Positions 37,019 through 46,764 are shown, numbered from the stretch's first letter. The stretch is 54,137 nucleotides of DNA from Methanocella sp. (GCA_050261115.1 JBLNCY010000052.1:1-54137); one strand, 5' to 3'. Translations and numbers: made by a program. The notes: generated from the sequence alone by a model not told the origin.

Positions 37019-37557
37019 TATGCATTCACTCCCATGATGACTTCTTGGCGTTTATCAAACGCGTCTTCTAGCATGTCGAATTTGTCTGTGACACCTTGAA
37101 TTTTATCCTTAAGGCCCATGTAGTCGCCGCTTGCCAGTTGGGCCTTGAATGCCTCAATAGAGTCTGTTAAGGCGGTGACTTGCTCGATGAGTTGGTTATC
37201 GTAGGTGATCATGCGGTCAAGGTTCTCTTCTTTGATTTTGACGGCGTCAAAGAAGCCTGAGTAACCATAGGATGCGTGATTAACTTTTGAGCTGATGCGA
37301 TCAATTTTTGCGACAAGGCGGTCTATGTCGGGCAACACGTCTAAGTATCGTTTGTCAGCTAATTTCTGAGAGATGAGCCTAACGTTATCTTTACCTTTGG
37401 ATAGTTTGAGGTAGAGATGATTACGGAGTAGCTTGTCGGATTCACGGCGCAACTCTTTTTCTTTGTAACCGCGAAAACCGGGCAGCGCAGCGGCTATGCG
37501 CTCAGAAAGCCTCATTTGGCTTTTCGCTTGGGCATAAACATCTTTATTCTCACTCAT
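37018..37557 (-). CDS. Conserved-looking all-helical hypothetical protein
   Basis: LPGFRGYKEKELRRESDK and ASYGYSGFFDAVKI motifs; stop overlaps the SPFH start. Confidence 0.75.
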   Translation of the reverse strand: MSENKDVYAQAKSQMRLSERIAAALPGFRGYKEKELRRESDKLLRNHLYLKLSKGKDNVRLISQKLADKRYLDVLPDIDRLVAKIDRISSKVNHASYGYSGFFDAVKIKEENLDRMITYDNQLIEQVTALTDSIEAFKAQLASGDYMGLKDKIQGVTDKFDMLEDAFDKRQEVIMGVNA

Positions 37558-37615
37558 CTTGGATTCCTCGACTTCGCAATCCGTTATTAAAAAGACGCTT
37601 GCTATTAAATATTGG

Positions 37616-38359
37616 CTAGAATTTGTTGCTGGGTATGTCACCCTTAAGCGTCATGCCTTTAACGCCGTCAATTATCATCTGGTAGCTTTTACCCTTATAC
37701 TCATAGCGTATAAACCATACGGGCGCATGCAAATACAACATCTGCTGAGGCTCAACCGCGGTTGTAGCTTCAACAACCCGGTCAACGTCAGACTGGAGCA
37801 AAAAACGATGATGAGAATCTATCTGCTGACGCGCCAGCTCTACAGCCTGCTCTTTCTCAACTTCGCTGTTAAGAAGCTTCGCAAAACTCTCTATCTTGCG
37901 AAAATCATAGGGGATCTTGCCCTCCAAAGGCACATCATAGGCTTTCGTGGGGAAGTCACTAGCTTGCCTTGCTAAGACCAGCCAGTTGTATTTCTTTTTG
38001 ATTTCGCCTTCCTTGACTATAGGGGGTGAGATGCGCTCAAAAATCCCCTTATAGCGTGTGGAAGCCTCACAGTTGACAACCCAAAAAGGAAGATACATCA
38101 GGGTTTTCTCGGTTATCTTGCTTTTCTTGGCCAAGTCGGAGGGCTTCATGAAGCCGCTTCGCATCCAGTCCCTGACGCGGTTCTCCATCGCTTCGGGGCT
38201 AAAGCTGTTTAGCAGAAGAGAATGTTGAAAGGAGAAGGCTTTTCCTGTTTGGATGACAGTTGTGAAGCCACAGTACTTGCAGGTAGCCACGATTTCCCCA
38301 GGTTTGAACTCCACGGGGGCACCGCAATGCGAGCACTTGATGTTTTCTGCAACTGCCAT
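37616..38359 (-). CDS. Zn-ribbon protein, YdjG-like
   Basis: CSHCGAPVEF.PG...ATCKYCG, W...GFMKPSD, YLPFW, APVWFIRYEYKGK.Y...IDG..G. Confidence 0.75.
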   Translation of the reverse strand: MAVAENIKCSHCGAPVEFKPGEIVATCKYCGFTTVIQTGKAFSFQHSLLLNSFSPEAMENRVRDWMRSGFMKPSDLAKKSKITEKTLMYLPFWVVNCEASTRYKGIFERISPPIVKEGEIKKKYNWLVLARQASDFPTKAYDVPLEGKIPYDFRKIESFAKLLNSEVEKEQAVELARQQIDSHHRFLLQSDVDRVVEATTAVEPQQMLYLHAPVWFIRYEYKGKSYQMIIDGVKGMTLKGDIPSNKF

Positions 38360-38366
38360 ACTTAGT

Positions 38367-39752
38367 TTATTCCTTTAGGAGTTTTTCTCTCTTTAGGATT
38401 TCCCGAGCAACTATAACGCCGCTAGCAGACGCCTGAATAAGGCCACGAGTGACACCTGCACCATCACCTATGGTGAACATGTTATTGATTTTGGTTTCCA
38501 GCGCCGTGTTCAGCTGCAGATGGCTACTGTAGAATTTCACCTCAACACCATACAGCAAAGTTTCAGGTGAAGCAACGCCCGGCGCGATTTTGTCGAGGGC
38601 TTCTAGCATTTCTCGTATGTCGGTTAGGTAGCGATAGGGTAGCACGAAGCTGAGGTCACCGGGTGTAGCGTTCTTTAGCGAGGGGACCAGGACGCTATGG
38701 GCTATTCGCTCAGGTGTACTACGCCGACCATGCATCAAGTCGCCTAGGCGTTGGACCATGACTCCGCCGCTAAGCAGGTTACTTAGGCGCGCGATGTATT
38801 TTCCGTATGCGATTGGCTCTTTGAATGGCTCGGTAAATTGTGTACTGACTAGTATGGCGAAATTGGTGTTGAGGGTCTTGGTTTCTGCGTGGCTGCCACC
38901 GTTAACGGTTAAGACGCCGTCGTAGGATTCGGTGGTGACTTCGCCGTGGGGTGAAACACAAAACGTCCGAACTTGGTCGTCGAATGATCGTGAGAAATAG
39001 ATTAGTTTGGGCTCGTAGAGAACTTTGGTGAGTTTCTCGGTGACCGCCGCAAGCAGTTCAACGCGGACGCCGATGTCAACGGGGTTGTTGACCGTTTTTA
39101 AGCCGCGAATCTGCGCCTCGGTTTGGAGCCATTCTGCGCCGCCTCTGCCAGGGGCGATGATGACATATTTGGCCATGATCTTTTCTCCGGCGACGGTTTC
39201 TACGCCCTGGATGGTTTGGTTGTTGATGATTAGGCCTTTGACTTCGGTTTTGGGCATGAACGTGATTTTGCTGTCTAGGTAGTGGCGCATTTCTTTTAGG
39301 ACTTCAAGGCATCGGTCGGTACCCATGTGACGGACTTCTTGCTTGATTAGTTTGAGACCGACTAGGGAGGCTTGGCGAGCGATTTCGTCGATTTCTTCGT
39401 TGCTTCCGCCAAAAACTTCTTTGCTGGCGCCAAAACGGATGTAGATGTCGTCGCAGTATTTGACGAGGCTTTCTAATTCATTGGTGGAGACGTACTGGTT
39501 TAGCCAGCCGCCTACTTCGGTTGATAGAGTGAGTTTGCCGTCGCTGTAAGCGCCTGCTCCACCCCAGCCGTTGAGTACGTTGCATGGTTCGCAATGTACG
39601 CAGTCAAAGCCTCGTTGGGAGGGGCATTTGCGTTTGTTTATGTCTTCGCCTCGGTCGATGACGAGAACGTTTAGGTTGGATTTTTCAGTTAGTTCTAGTG
39701 CTGAGAAGATGCCTGCGGGGCCTGCGCCCACGATGATTACGTCATATTTCAA
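38367..39752 (-). CDS. NAD(P)/FAD-dependent oxidoreductase with N-terminal Cys cluster
   Basis: GAGPAG, GWGGAGAYSDGKL, RTFC, GDGAGVTRG; CP......CVHCEPC. Confidence 0.88.
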   Translation of the reverse strand: MKYDVIIVGAGPAGIFSALELTEKSNLNVLVIDRGEDINKRKCPSQRGFDCVHCEPCNVLNGWGGAGAYSDGKLTLSTEVGGWLNQYVSTNELESLVKYCDDIYIRFGASKEVFGGSNEEIDEIARQASLVGLKLIKQEVRHMGTDRCLEVLKEMRHYLDSKITFMPKTEVKGLIINNQTIQGVETVAGEKIMAKYVIIAPGRGGAEWLQTEAQIRGLKTVNNPVDIGVRVELLAAVTEKLTKVLYEPKLIYFSRSFDDQVRTFCVSPHGEVTTESYDGVLTVNGGSHAETKTLNTNFAILVSTQFTEPFKEPIAYGKYIARLSNLLSGGVMVQRLGDLMHGRRSTPERIAHSVLVPSLKNATPGDLSFVLPYRYLTDIREMLEALDKIAPGVASPETLLYGVEVKFYSSHLQLNTALETKINNMFTIGDGAGVTRGLIQASASGVIVAREILKREKLLKE

Positions 39753-39843
39753 AGGATAACGCTCCCTCTGGAACCCAGAAGTAATTGCAACAGGTAGGAT
39801 ATATTTGTTAGTGCCCGAATGCTTGGATGAGGCAGGTTGAACA

Positions 39844-39866
39844 TAGATATGTTTGAGATATATCTA
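39844..39866. promoter_or_regulatory. Candidate PadR operator TAGATAT-N9-ATATCTA (overlaps palindrome AGATATATCT)
   Basis: Perfect 7-bp inverted repeat in the divergent intergenic region upstream of padR. Confidence 0.5.
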
Positions 39867-39904
39867 AATAGCATTTAATGCATATCCATCTCAGCTGATT
39901 AAGG

Positions 39905-40360
39905 ATGCCAAAAGAAACCCAAACCGAAGGCCTAAACGAACTCCTAAGCGACTTCAGCCGCTTCTATATAGTCACCATACTCTATGAAGGCCCCCAACAC
40001 GGCTACAGCATCATGAGCCAATTCAGAAAACGCATCAAAAAAGAAATCAGCCCAAGCCTCGTCTACCCCTTCCTTGAGCAGCTAGAAGACAAAGGCTACG
40101 TTAATCACACACTCCAACCCATCGGCGACAAAGTAAAAAAAGTCTTCACCCTAACAGATGAAGGCCGGGAACTCTGCAGCTGCCTCTTTAAACGCTTTGC
40201 CAGCCTTGTCTCCATTGCCATTGAACCCAGCCTATCAGTCTGCGCCCACTGCGGCTGCAAAGTCTACGAAGGAACCTACAAAGAAGTCATCGATGGCAAA
40301 GAAATGGCGTTTTGCTGCATGCACTGCGCAGCATCATACAAGCAAAACAAATGCCCCTAA
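39905..40360 (+). CDS. PadR-family regulator with C-terminal TRASH-like metal-binding domain
   Basis: GPQHGYSI, SPSLVYPFL..LE..G, KVFTLTDEG; CAHCGC...FCCMHC. Confidence 0.88.
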   Translation: MPKETQTEGLNELLSDFSRFYIVTILYEGPQHGYSIMSQFRKRIKKEISPSLVYPFLEQLEDKGYVNHTLQPIGDKVKKVFTLTDEGRELCSCLFKRFASLVSIAIEPSLSVCAHCGCKVYEGTYKEVIDGKEMAFCCMHCAASYKQNKCP

Positions 40361-40539
40361 CGCCTCTGCTCGATAATTCGGCTCAGGCTTTTTCAGCTAA
40401 CTATTTGAAAAACAGGAAAAGTCGCTGAGGACTATAGATAAAACATGTATACCCCATTAGAGCTAGCTTCAAAAATGTTAGACATGGATGGCACAGATAT
40501 TCAAGGAAAGAAAGTAGAAGTGGTCTGATATACTCAGAA

Positions 40540-40818
40540 TTAGTCTTTTATGGCTTCTATGAAGCTCATAACGTTCCAGAGCTTAACCCGCGTGTAAGGC
40601 GGCATGTTGGGGTCCTGCAGAATCTCATCCAGCAAGGCAACAGCATTAGAAGCTTTTACGGCAGCGGTATATTCAGTGCTCTGTAACGCGTTCATGGCAT
40701 CTTTTGCGGATCGGCGAATGTTGCGGGGTGTCGTGCTATCTTCTGAAACCTCGCTAAGCACCTGTAACGCTTGCTTAATCTTAGCTTCATACTCTTCAGT
40801 TTTCTTTTTCCGAACCAT
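40540..40818 (-). CDS. UPF0147 family protein
   Basis: DSTTPRNIRR...DPNMPPYTR. Confidence 0.88.
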   Translation of the reverse strand: MVRKKKTEEYEAKIKQALQVLSEVSEDSTTPRNIRRSAKDAMNALQSTEYTAAVKASNAVALLDEILQDPNMPPYTRVKLWNVMSFIEAIKD

Positions 40819-40893
40819 GATTAGTTCCCCTGCACTGCAAAATGCAGTAGTCAAGTTATATATTTATTGATATGTATTTACTTTGGGGTCCAT

Positions 40894-41268
40894 ATGCAAC
40901 AAGACAAGGAAAGCATCAAACGAATGGCTGAACTGCTACGACAAGGCGCCACCCTAACTGATCGCTCGTGCCCAAACTGCAATTCGCCGCTCTTCCGCCT
41001 ACGAGACGCCACGTTATGGTGTGCAAAGGACGAGAAAAAGGTCATTGTAGTAAAAGAAGGCCAAGAGATACCCCAAGAAGCCCAACCGCAGGCGCCTAAG
41101 GCATCAAACGCAGCCTACGACAAACTAGAAGCAACCCTTATGGCAAAAATCGCTCACCTCGAAGCAAAAATCGAAAAAACCGAGGATGTAGATGAACTCC
41201 AAAAATTAACCGTGGCCCTAAGCGAGTTGCTAAACAGTGTGGATAAAATTAAACGTATGAAGGCTTGA
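40894..41268 (+). CDS. UPF0148 / autoantigen-p27-like Zn-finger protein
   Basis: MAELLRQGATL...CPNCNSPLF...WC; coiled-coil C-terminus; divergent from UPF0147. Confidence 0.85.
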   Translation: MQQDKESIKRMAELLRQGATLTDRSCPNCNSPLFRLRDATLWCAKDEKKVIVVKEGQEIPQEAQPQAPKASNAAYDKLEATLMAKIAHLEAKIEKTEDVDELQKLTVALSELLNSVDKIKRMKA

Positions 41269-41786
41269 ATCCCCGCTTGCCTCTTGGAGTCTACACCGGT
41301 TTTCCCGAAAACATTCACTACTTCATAGAGTACCAAGTGTTTTCCTCTACCCGTCAGCTTCAGCAAAAGCTCCTCAAATTCCTAGGCGAGATTAATCGCA
41401 AGGAGATGGTTTTTGAGCAAATATCCATTCCCACCATACCAGGTGGCGTTGTAATTTTTGAATACGGGTTAGCAGAGGATGCGGGCTTTAATTATCTTAG
41501 CGAGGAAGAAGTTAAGCGAGCGCTTGGGTTGGTGGAGAATGGACGTGTGGGGAGGCTGGATTTCTTCTGTTCTATCCGTTACTATAAGGATACAGGGGAT
41601 AAGAGGGTGGCGCTGAAATTTGATTACTATATGTTGCGCGCCGTATTCAGGAAGGGAGAAGTTGAGGTGCGTGTTTTTCATGAGCGGGGGCCGCGTTATT
41701 TGTCTCCTGAAGATTTGGTCGGGTTTATAGTTGACAACCTTAACCGTGAGTCACAGAAAACGATTCTGAGAGAAATAAACGCTTAA
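41265..41786 (+). CDS. Hypothetical protein
   Basis: 173-aa ORF; TTG start overlaps the upstream stop. Confidence 0.7.
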   Translation: MNPRLPLGVYTGFPENIHYFIEYQVFSSTRQLQQKLLKFLGEINRKEMVFEQISIPTIPGGVVIFEYGLAEDAGFNYLSEEEVKRALGLVENGRVGRLDFFCSIRYYKDTGDKRVALKFDYYMLRAVFRKGEVEVRVFHERGPRYLSPEDLVGFIVDNLNRESQKTILREINA

Positions 41787-41865
41787 GCGGCGCTATAGCG
41801 TTGGATCGGTTGCTTGTGTTAGTTTCCGAAAGTTATATATAGAGAATGCCTTAGGAAGACCCTAC

Positions 41866-42825
41866 ATGTTACCTATCGAAGTATCAGAACTTAGAAAGAA
41901 CTATGGCAGCCTAAAAGCGGTAGATGGCATATCCTTTACCGTCAAGCCTGGAGAAGTCTTTGGGCTCTTAGGACCCAACGGTGCAGGTAAAACCACCACT
42001 ATCGAAATACTTGAGGGCTTGCGTGAACGCAACGGCGGAGACGTAAAAGTCTTTGGCTTAGATCCCTGGAAAAAGGGCTTTGAGGTGCACCAAAAAATAG
42101 GTGTAATTCCCCAAGAATTCACGTTCATAGAAAAAACTACACCCAAAGAAGCCATCCTCTACTATGCTGCGCTGTTTAACGTAAAGTGCGATCCTGACCA
42201 AATCCTAAGAGATGTCCTGCTAGATGAGAAGGAGAAAACCTTCTTTGAGGACCTCTCAGGCGGACAAAAGCGTAAAACGGGCTTAGCGCTTTCCCTGGTG
42301 AACTCTCCTGAGCTTTTGTTTCTTGACGAACCCACCACTGGACTTGACCCCAACGCTAGGCGGGCAGTGTGGGAAGTTATCCGCGGATTAAAAGCAAAAG
42401 GCAAAACAATCATTCTAACCACTCACTATCTTGACGAGGCACAGCAACTCAGTGACCGCGTAGCCATTATGGACCATGGAAAAATCGTTGCTATGGGAAC
42501 CACAGAAGAAATCATAAAGCAGCATGGCTCCGGCGAGCGTCTTGAAATTCACGGCAGCCAAAAACTCGCTGATTACATCAAAGCAAACACAGAGCTACAG
42601 GTTGACTATGACACCGCTAGGGGCGTGATCACAATTCCCCTCAAAAAGAAGATCGATGCCTTAGCCGCGTTGGCAGCTGCTGAACAATCAGGTCTTGAGT
42701 GGGGCGACATTCAAACTCGCCAAGACAGCTTGGATGATGTTTTCATAAAGCTTGTCACTGAACCCGTAGGTGAGCAGGGCGAGGTTACGGTGGAGAAGAA
42801 ACCAAAGAAACGGGGGCTATTCTAA
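41866..42825 (+). CDS. ABC-2 type exporter ATPase
   Basis: GPNGAGKTT, LSGGQKRK, LDEPTTGLDP, TTHYLDEA. Confidence 0.95.
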   Translation: MLPIEVSELRKNYGSLKAVDGISFTVKPGEVFGLLGPNGAGKTTTIEILEGLRERNGGDVKVFGLDPWKKGFEVHQKIGVIPQEFTFIEKTTPKEAILYYAALFNVKCDPDQILRDVLLDEKEKTFFEDLSGGQKRKTGLALSLVNSPELLFLDEPTTGLDPNARRAVWEVIRGLKAKGKTIILTTHYLDEAQQLSDRVAIMDHGKIVAMGTTEEIIKQHGSGERLEIHGSQKLADYIKANTELQVDYDTARGVITIPLKKKIDALAALAAAEQSGLEWGDIQTRQDSLDDVFIKLVTEPVGEQGEVTVEKKPKKRGLF

Positions 42826-43940
42826 TGATTAGTGGAAGAAGAATATTTGCAGACTTTAAGGTGTTTAGCCGTGGATACATACGAAACAAGTTTGGTTTGT
42901 TCTTCGGCTTAGTTTTCCCGGTTATTTTGATTCTGATTTTCGGCGCCATCTTCTCGGGCGGAAGCTCTGGAACCATAACGATGTATGCACAGAATAGAGA
43001 TGCTGGTGCAGATTTTGGCGCAGGGAACTTTAACGTTTCAGATGCTTATTTGGAAGCCATCAACTCAACAGGAACGCTACGTGTCGTAACCATCAACAAT
43101 TCAGAGGACTTTAGAGATTACCTCTCTAAGAACTCAATAGAGAATGGGTTGATTATCCCTGAGGACTTTACGTTAAATTATGCTATGCAACAACCCGTAA
43201 ACGTCACTGTCTTCACTAATCCGTCAGGGAGCACAGGCGGAACTGTTCTTACAATTATCAGTGCCATAAACACTCACTTTAACCTCCAAGCATTCAATGG
43301 CACACAGATAATAACGACAGCCCAAGAGACCGTGGGTTCACAAGAGAGCTACATTGACTTTCTGGTTCCAGGCTTAATCGGCTTTGCCATCCTGGTTAAC
43401 CCGATGTTTTCATTAGTCGAGATTTCCTCTAACTACAAGAAGAACAAGCTCTTCAAGCAGCTATCGTTGACGCCGCTTTCAAAAATGGAATGGCTTATCG
43501 CGAAGATACTCTTCTACATCGTGCTCTCTGCGACGTCTTTTGTTCTAATGGCCACCGTGGGCATACTGCTGTTTAATGCAAACATAACCCTCACAGTCTG
43601 GCTCATACCCTTCCTGATTGTGGGGCCTTTGCTGTTTGCATCACTTGGTATGCTAGTCGGCACTGTAACAAAGAACCCCGAGACGGCGGGAGTCATCGGA
43701 AACATTGTAACTTTCCCGATGATGTTCCTCTCAGGCACATTCTTCCCCATAGCCTTCATGCCCGAGTACCTGCAAACGATAGCGCATGTTCTGCCCCTCT
43801 TCTACGTAGTTGAGGGCTTAAACAACATAATGGTTTACCAGAACTATACTGGGGCTTTGATTGATATTGCAGTGGTAACTGTCATTGCGGTTGTGATTTT
43901 TGTTTTGGCAGTGAAGCTGTTTAAGTGGCGTGAAGACTAG
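42825..43940 (+). CDS. ABC-2 type exporter permease
   Basis: TM, large extracellular loop, YIDFLVPG, PMMFLSGTFFP. Confidence 0.92.
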   Translation: MISGRRIFADFKVFSRGYIRNKFGLFFGLVFPVILILIFGAIFSGGSSGTITMYAQNRDAGADFGAGNFNVSDAYLEAINSTGTLRVVTINNSEDFRDYLSKNSIENGLIIPEDFTLNYAMQQPVNVTVFTNPSGSTGGTVLTIISAINTHFNLQAFNGTQIITTAQETVGSQESYIDFLVPGLIGFAILVNPMFSLVEISSNYKKNKLFKQLSLTPLSKMEWLIAKILFYIVLSATSFVLMATVGILLFNANITLTVWLIPFLIVGPLLFASLGMLVGTVTKNPETAGVIGNIVTFPMMFLSGTFFPIAFMPEYLQTIAHVLPLFYVVEGLNNIMVYQNYTGALIDIAVVTVIAVVIFVLAVKLFKWRED

Positions 43941-44069
43941 CCACCAATCTATCCTCTTTTTGTTTTTCTTTTTTATTTTGGTTTTCTGCAGAGGGGTTAG
44001 GTAGCAGTAGCCAGCGGTATGCAAGAACTTGAGGCTTAATTGTTTTATGACAAAAAAGAAAGGAGAGGT

Positions 44070-44858
44070 TTACCGGCGTCTAGAGGCGTAAACTCCAAAC
44101 CCGATCAAAATCACGATAATAACCACAACTAAGGCGATGATTATCCACATCTCGTTTGATAATCCAGCCATTGAACCACCGGTGTTATTTGATGTTGGAG
44201 TCGGGGTGGGTTGGTCTAAGCTGCCTATGGGAGTGAAGACTGCTTGGTAGCGGTATGTGTCGCCGTATCCATGATTAACGTTATAGGGGTTGTCTGTGGG
44301 GGTCCAGTTGATTGGCTCGGTCCCGTGAGGGGTTGGGTTGCCACATATGGTCCAGTGGGAGAATTCCCAGCCTTCGTCAGGCATCGCGACTAGGTTTAGG
44401 TTTTCAGCGTTTTCCAAAGCATAGGTTCCAGGGGCAGGGCTAGTAGTTCCTCCGGCTGAGGGTAAGATGATTACAATTGCAGCGCTTGCTAGGTCGGTTG
44501 GGGAAGGGCGTCCGGGTACTGGTGCGGGAATTGTGAAGACAGGGGTGATGGTGTAGGTTACGTCGCCGGTTACTGTGAAGGTTAAGGGGTTGCTGGTTGG
44601 GGTAGTGTCACCTGACCCATCGCTTGGGGAGACTACCCAGTTTAGAAATGCATATTCCGAGTCTGGAACAGCGGTTATGGTGACTTCGGTTCCGTCTGGG
44701 TAGGTGGTGGTCCCTGTGATGTCTGTTGTTCCACCTGTTTGGCTATTGACGATTACTGTTGCGGTGTCTTGAGCGTTTACCGATACAAGGCAAGTTGCGA
44801 CTACAAAAAATAGAATTAAACTAAAAGAAAGGGCCGACAATTTTTGTTTTTTTGGCAA
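44070..44858 (-). CDS. Secreted, C-terminally anchored protein with two InlB-B/Listeria-Bacteroides-like repeats
   Basis: Signal peptide; two GGTT...GT...TA.PD..Y/W.F..W...PVF/AVF units; PT linker, TM, RRR. Confidence 0.75.
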   Translation of the reverse strand: MPKKQKLSALSFSLILFFVVATCLVSVNAQDTATVIVNSQTGGTTDITGTTTYPDGTEVTITAVPDSEYAFLNWVVSPSDGSGDTTPTSNPLTFTVTGDVTYTITPVFTIPAPVPGRPSPTDLASAAIVIILPSAGGTTSPAPGTYALENAENLNLVAMPDEGWEFSHWTICGNPTPHGTEPINWTPTDNPYNVNHGYGDTYRYQAVFTPIGSLDQPTPTPTSNNTGGSMAGLSNEMWIIIALVVVIIVILIGFGVYASRRR

Positions 44859-44919
44859 TGTTAAAAATCTCCTTATCCTTGCTTGCTAGATATTCAAGGT
44901 GTTTTATGAAAGCTTGTGA

Positions 44920-44958
44920 CTGTATAGATACAGCTACACCAAGTTAACCGTCGGTTAA
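44920..44958. promoter_or_regulatory. Two palindromes, CTGTAT-AG-ATACAG and TTAACCG-T-CGGTTAA
   Basis: Perfect inverted repeats at 44920-44933 and 44944-44958, upstream of the surface-protein gene. Confidence 0.45.
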
Positions 44959-44979
44959 ACTGTAACGGTAACCGAAAAA

Positions 44980-45309
44980 TCAGCGGGGAGACCAGGAACT
45001 TATACACTTCACATTATCAAATCCATACCTCAAAATCAAGGGGTCGGCAAAATTTGGAACCAACGCATCATTAATCCCGCCGCACACCACGGTATCACCC
45101 ACCCGATAAACAATCCCTATAGAAGTCAAGTCTTTAAGCTTAGCATACTTACCCCAGATTTCCCAGTAATCAGACCCATGGCGACCAGGCTGGAGTACCC
45201 ATGTGTATTCGTCGCCGGGATGTTGACCCATAGTTGCGTTAGCTGCACAAACGGTTTCGCCTACAACTTTGGGGTCGTCGGATGTTTTAACATAGAAGTA
45301 GATGGTCAT
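44980..45309 (-). CDS. Hypothetical protein
   Basis: 109-aa ATG ORF co-oriented after hemK; no recognised motif. Confidence 0.65.
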   Translation of the reverse strand: MTIYFYVKTSDDPKVVGETVCAANATMGQHPGDEYTWVLQPGRHGSDYWEIWGKYAKLKDLTSIGIVYRVGDTVVCGGINDALVPNFADPLILRYGFDNVKCISSWSPR

Positions 45310-45344
45310 AAAAACGCCAAGATAGATAGGTGGCTGGAGGCTTT

Positions 45345-45962
45345 TTAGGCTTCTGTTTTAGCCTCGATTAGCGTTAGGGTTTCAAAGAAGGGCAACTGCT
45401 GAGTAGCTACTACTGTGGCGTTTAGACCGCATGCTTGGAAGGCTTGCAGAGTCTGCTCTACACCCGTCAAGGTAGACTGCATAAGAAGCACCCTACCAGG
45501 CATCTTAAGGTAAGCACCAACCTGAGCGATAAAACGGTTCACAACCACTCGGCCATCTGCACCGCCAGCCCAAGACCGCCCAATCCACGACTCCTCCTCA
45601 CCCGCCTCCGACGGCAAATAGGGCGCGTTAAACAACACTAAATCAAACTTTACGCCGCTGCTAAAGGCGCTAAATAGGTCGCTTTGCAAAAAATCCACAT
45701 TGTTAACGCCATTGAGTTTAGCATTCATTTTGGCACAGCGTACGGCATAGGGGTTCAAGTCCACAGCAAGAACACGCCTAGCCTTTAGGGCTGCGGTAAC
45801 GGCAAGAATTCCCGAGCCAGTGCCTAAATCAAGCACTACCTCATCGCGCCGTACCTTAAGGTTCTGGGAAAATAGGAAACTATCCTCCGCTGGCTCATAC
45901 ACATCATCACAAACATCAAAAATTAAGCCCTCAAAGTGGACGCGTTTAGTGGGACAGGGCAT
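45345..45962 (-). CDS. hemK: HemK2/PrmC-family (release factor Gln) methyltransferase
   Basis: VYEPAEDS, LDLGTGSG, FNAPYLP, WAGGADGR. Confidence 0.9.
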   Translation of the reverse strand: MPCPTKRVHFEGLIFDVCDDVYEPAEDSFLFSQNLKVRRDEVVLDLGTGSGILAVTAALKARRVLAVDLNPYAVRCAKMNAKLNGVNNVDFLQSDLFSAFSSGVKFDLVLFNAPYLPSEAGEEESWIGRSWAGGADGRVVVNRFIAQVGAYLKMPGRVLLMQSTLTGVEQTLQAFQACGLNATVVATQQLPFFETLTLIEAKTEA

Positions 45963-46764
45963 TTGCGATGGCTCCAAAATCTTTCGGTGATAATTCACGG
46001 GGGCGTTTTTGGCTGAAGGGGAAGCTACTGGCGAGTTTTTCTGCTTCTTGTTTGCCAAGTTTTTGGGCGCTGCGTATATAGGGTGCGAGAGCTTTGGCGA
46101 GTTTTTTGTTGCGTTGGGTAAATAGCCACTTAGTTAAGTGCAAAAAGGCGGCTGCATCTTTTACTTGGAAGGCTGGGGTTGCCCATGGTTTGATGCTAAC
46201 GATTATGGAGTCGACTTCGGGGGGCGGATAAAACATGTCTTTAGGTACTGGGTCAAGCAGTTTGGCTTCAGCCTGCTGTGCTAAGACAACGGTTAACCAG
46301 CCATACTCTTCACTGCCAACTTTTGCAACCAGTCGCTCAGCAAACTCCCTCTGAACAATCAAAACAGCACAATCAATTTTTCGGTTAAGCAGCCAAAGCA
46401 CAAGTTGACTTGAAAGATAATAGGGGGGCGCTGCAACAGACTTGTTAAACGGGGGCAACTCAACCCTCAACACATCACCCTTCACAACCGTTACATTGTC
46501 AGTGCCACGGAAGGTTTTACTAAGAACCTCAGTTAACTGTGGGTCCTTCTCGACAGCAACTACACCCCGACAATTTTCGGATAGGAACCGTGTTAGAAGA
46601 CCAAATCCGGCGCCGGCATCCAAAACCACGTCTGATTCGCCCAAATCGGCGTATTCAGCTAGTTTAGGGTAGTAAGCGGGTTGGATCATAAAATTTTGGC
46701 CCAGCAGCTTGTTGGGGCTTATGTTGTGAGCCTTTAGCAGCTGCTGGATTTGCTCAAGACTCAT
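45946..46764 (-). CDS. rsmA: 16S rRNA m6(2)A dimethyltransferase (KsgA/Dim1)
   Basis: LGQNF, GAGFGLLT, VEKD, QREFAERL, FYPPPEVDS, RPRELS. Confidence 0.93.
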   Translation of the reverse strand: MSLEQIQQLLKAHNISPNKLLGQNFMIQPAYYPKLAEYADLGESDVVLDAGAGFGLLTRFLSENCRGVVAVEKDPQLTEVLSKTFRGTDNVTVVKGDVLRVELPPFNKSVAAPPYYLSSQLVLWLLNRKIDCAVLIVQREFAERLVAKVGSEEYGWLTVVLAQQAEAKLLDPVPKDMFYPPPEVDSIIVSIKPWATPAFQVKDAAAFLHLTKWLFTQRNKKLAKALAPYIRSAQKLGKQEAEKLASSFPFSQKRPRELSPKDFGAIANALSH

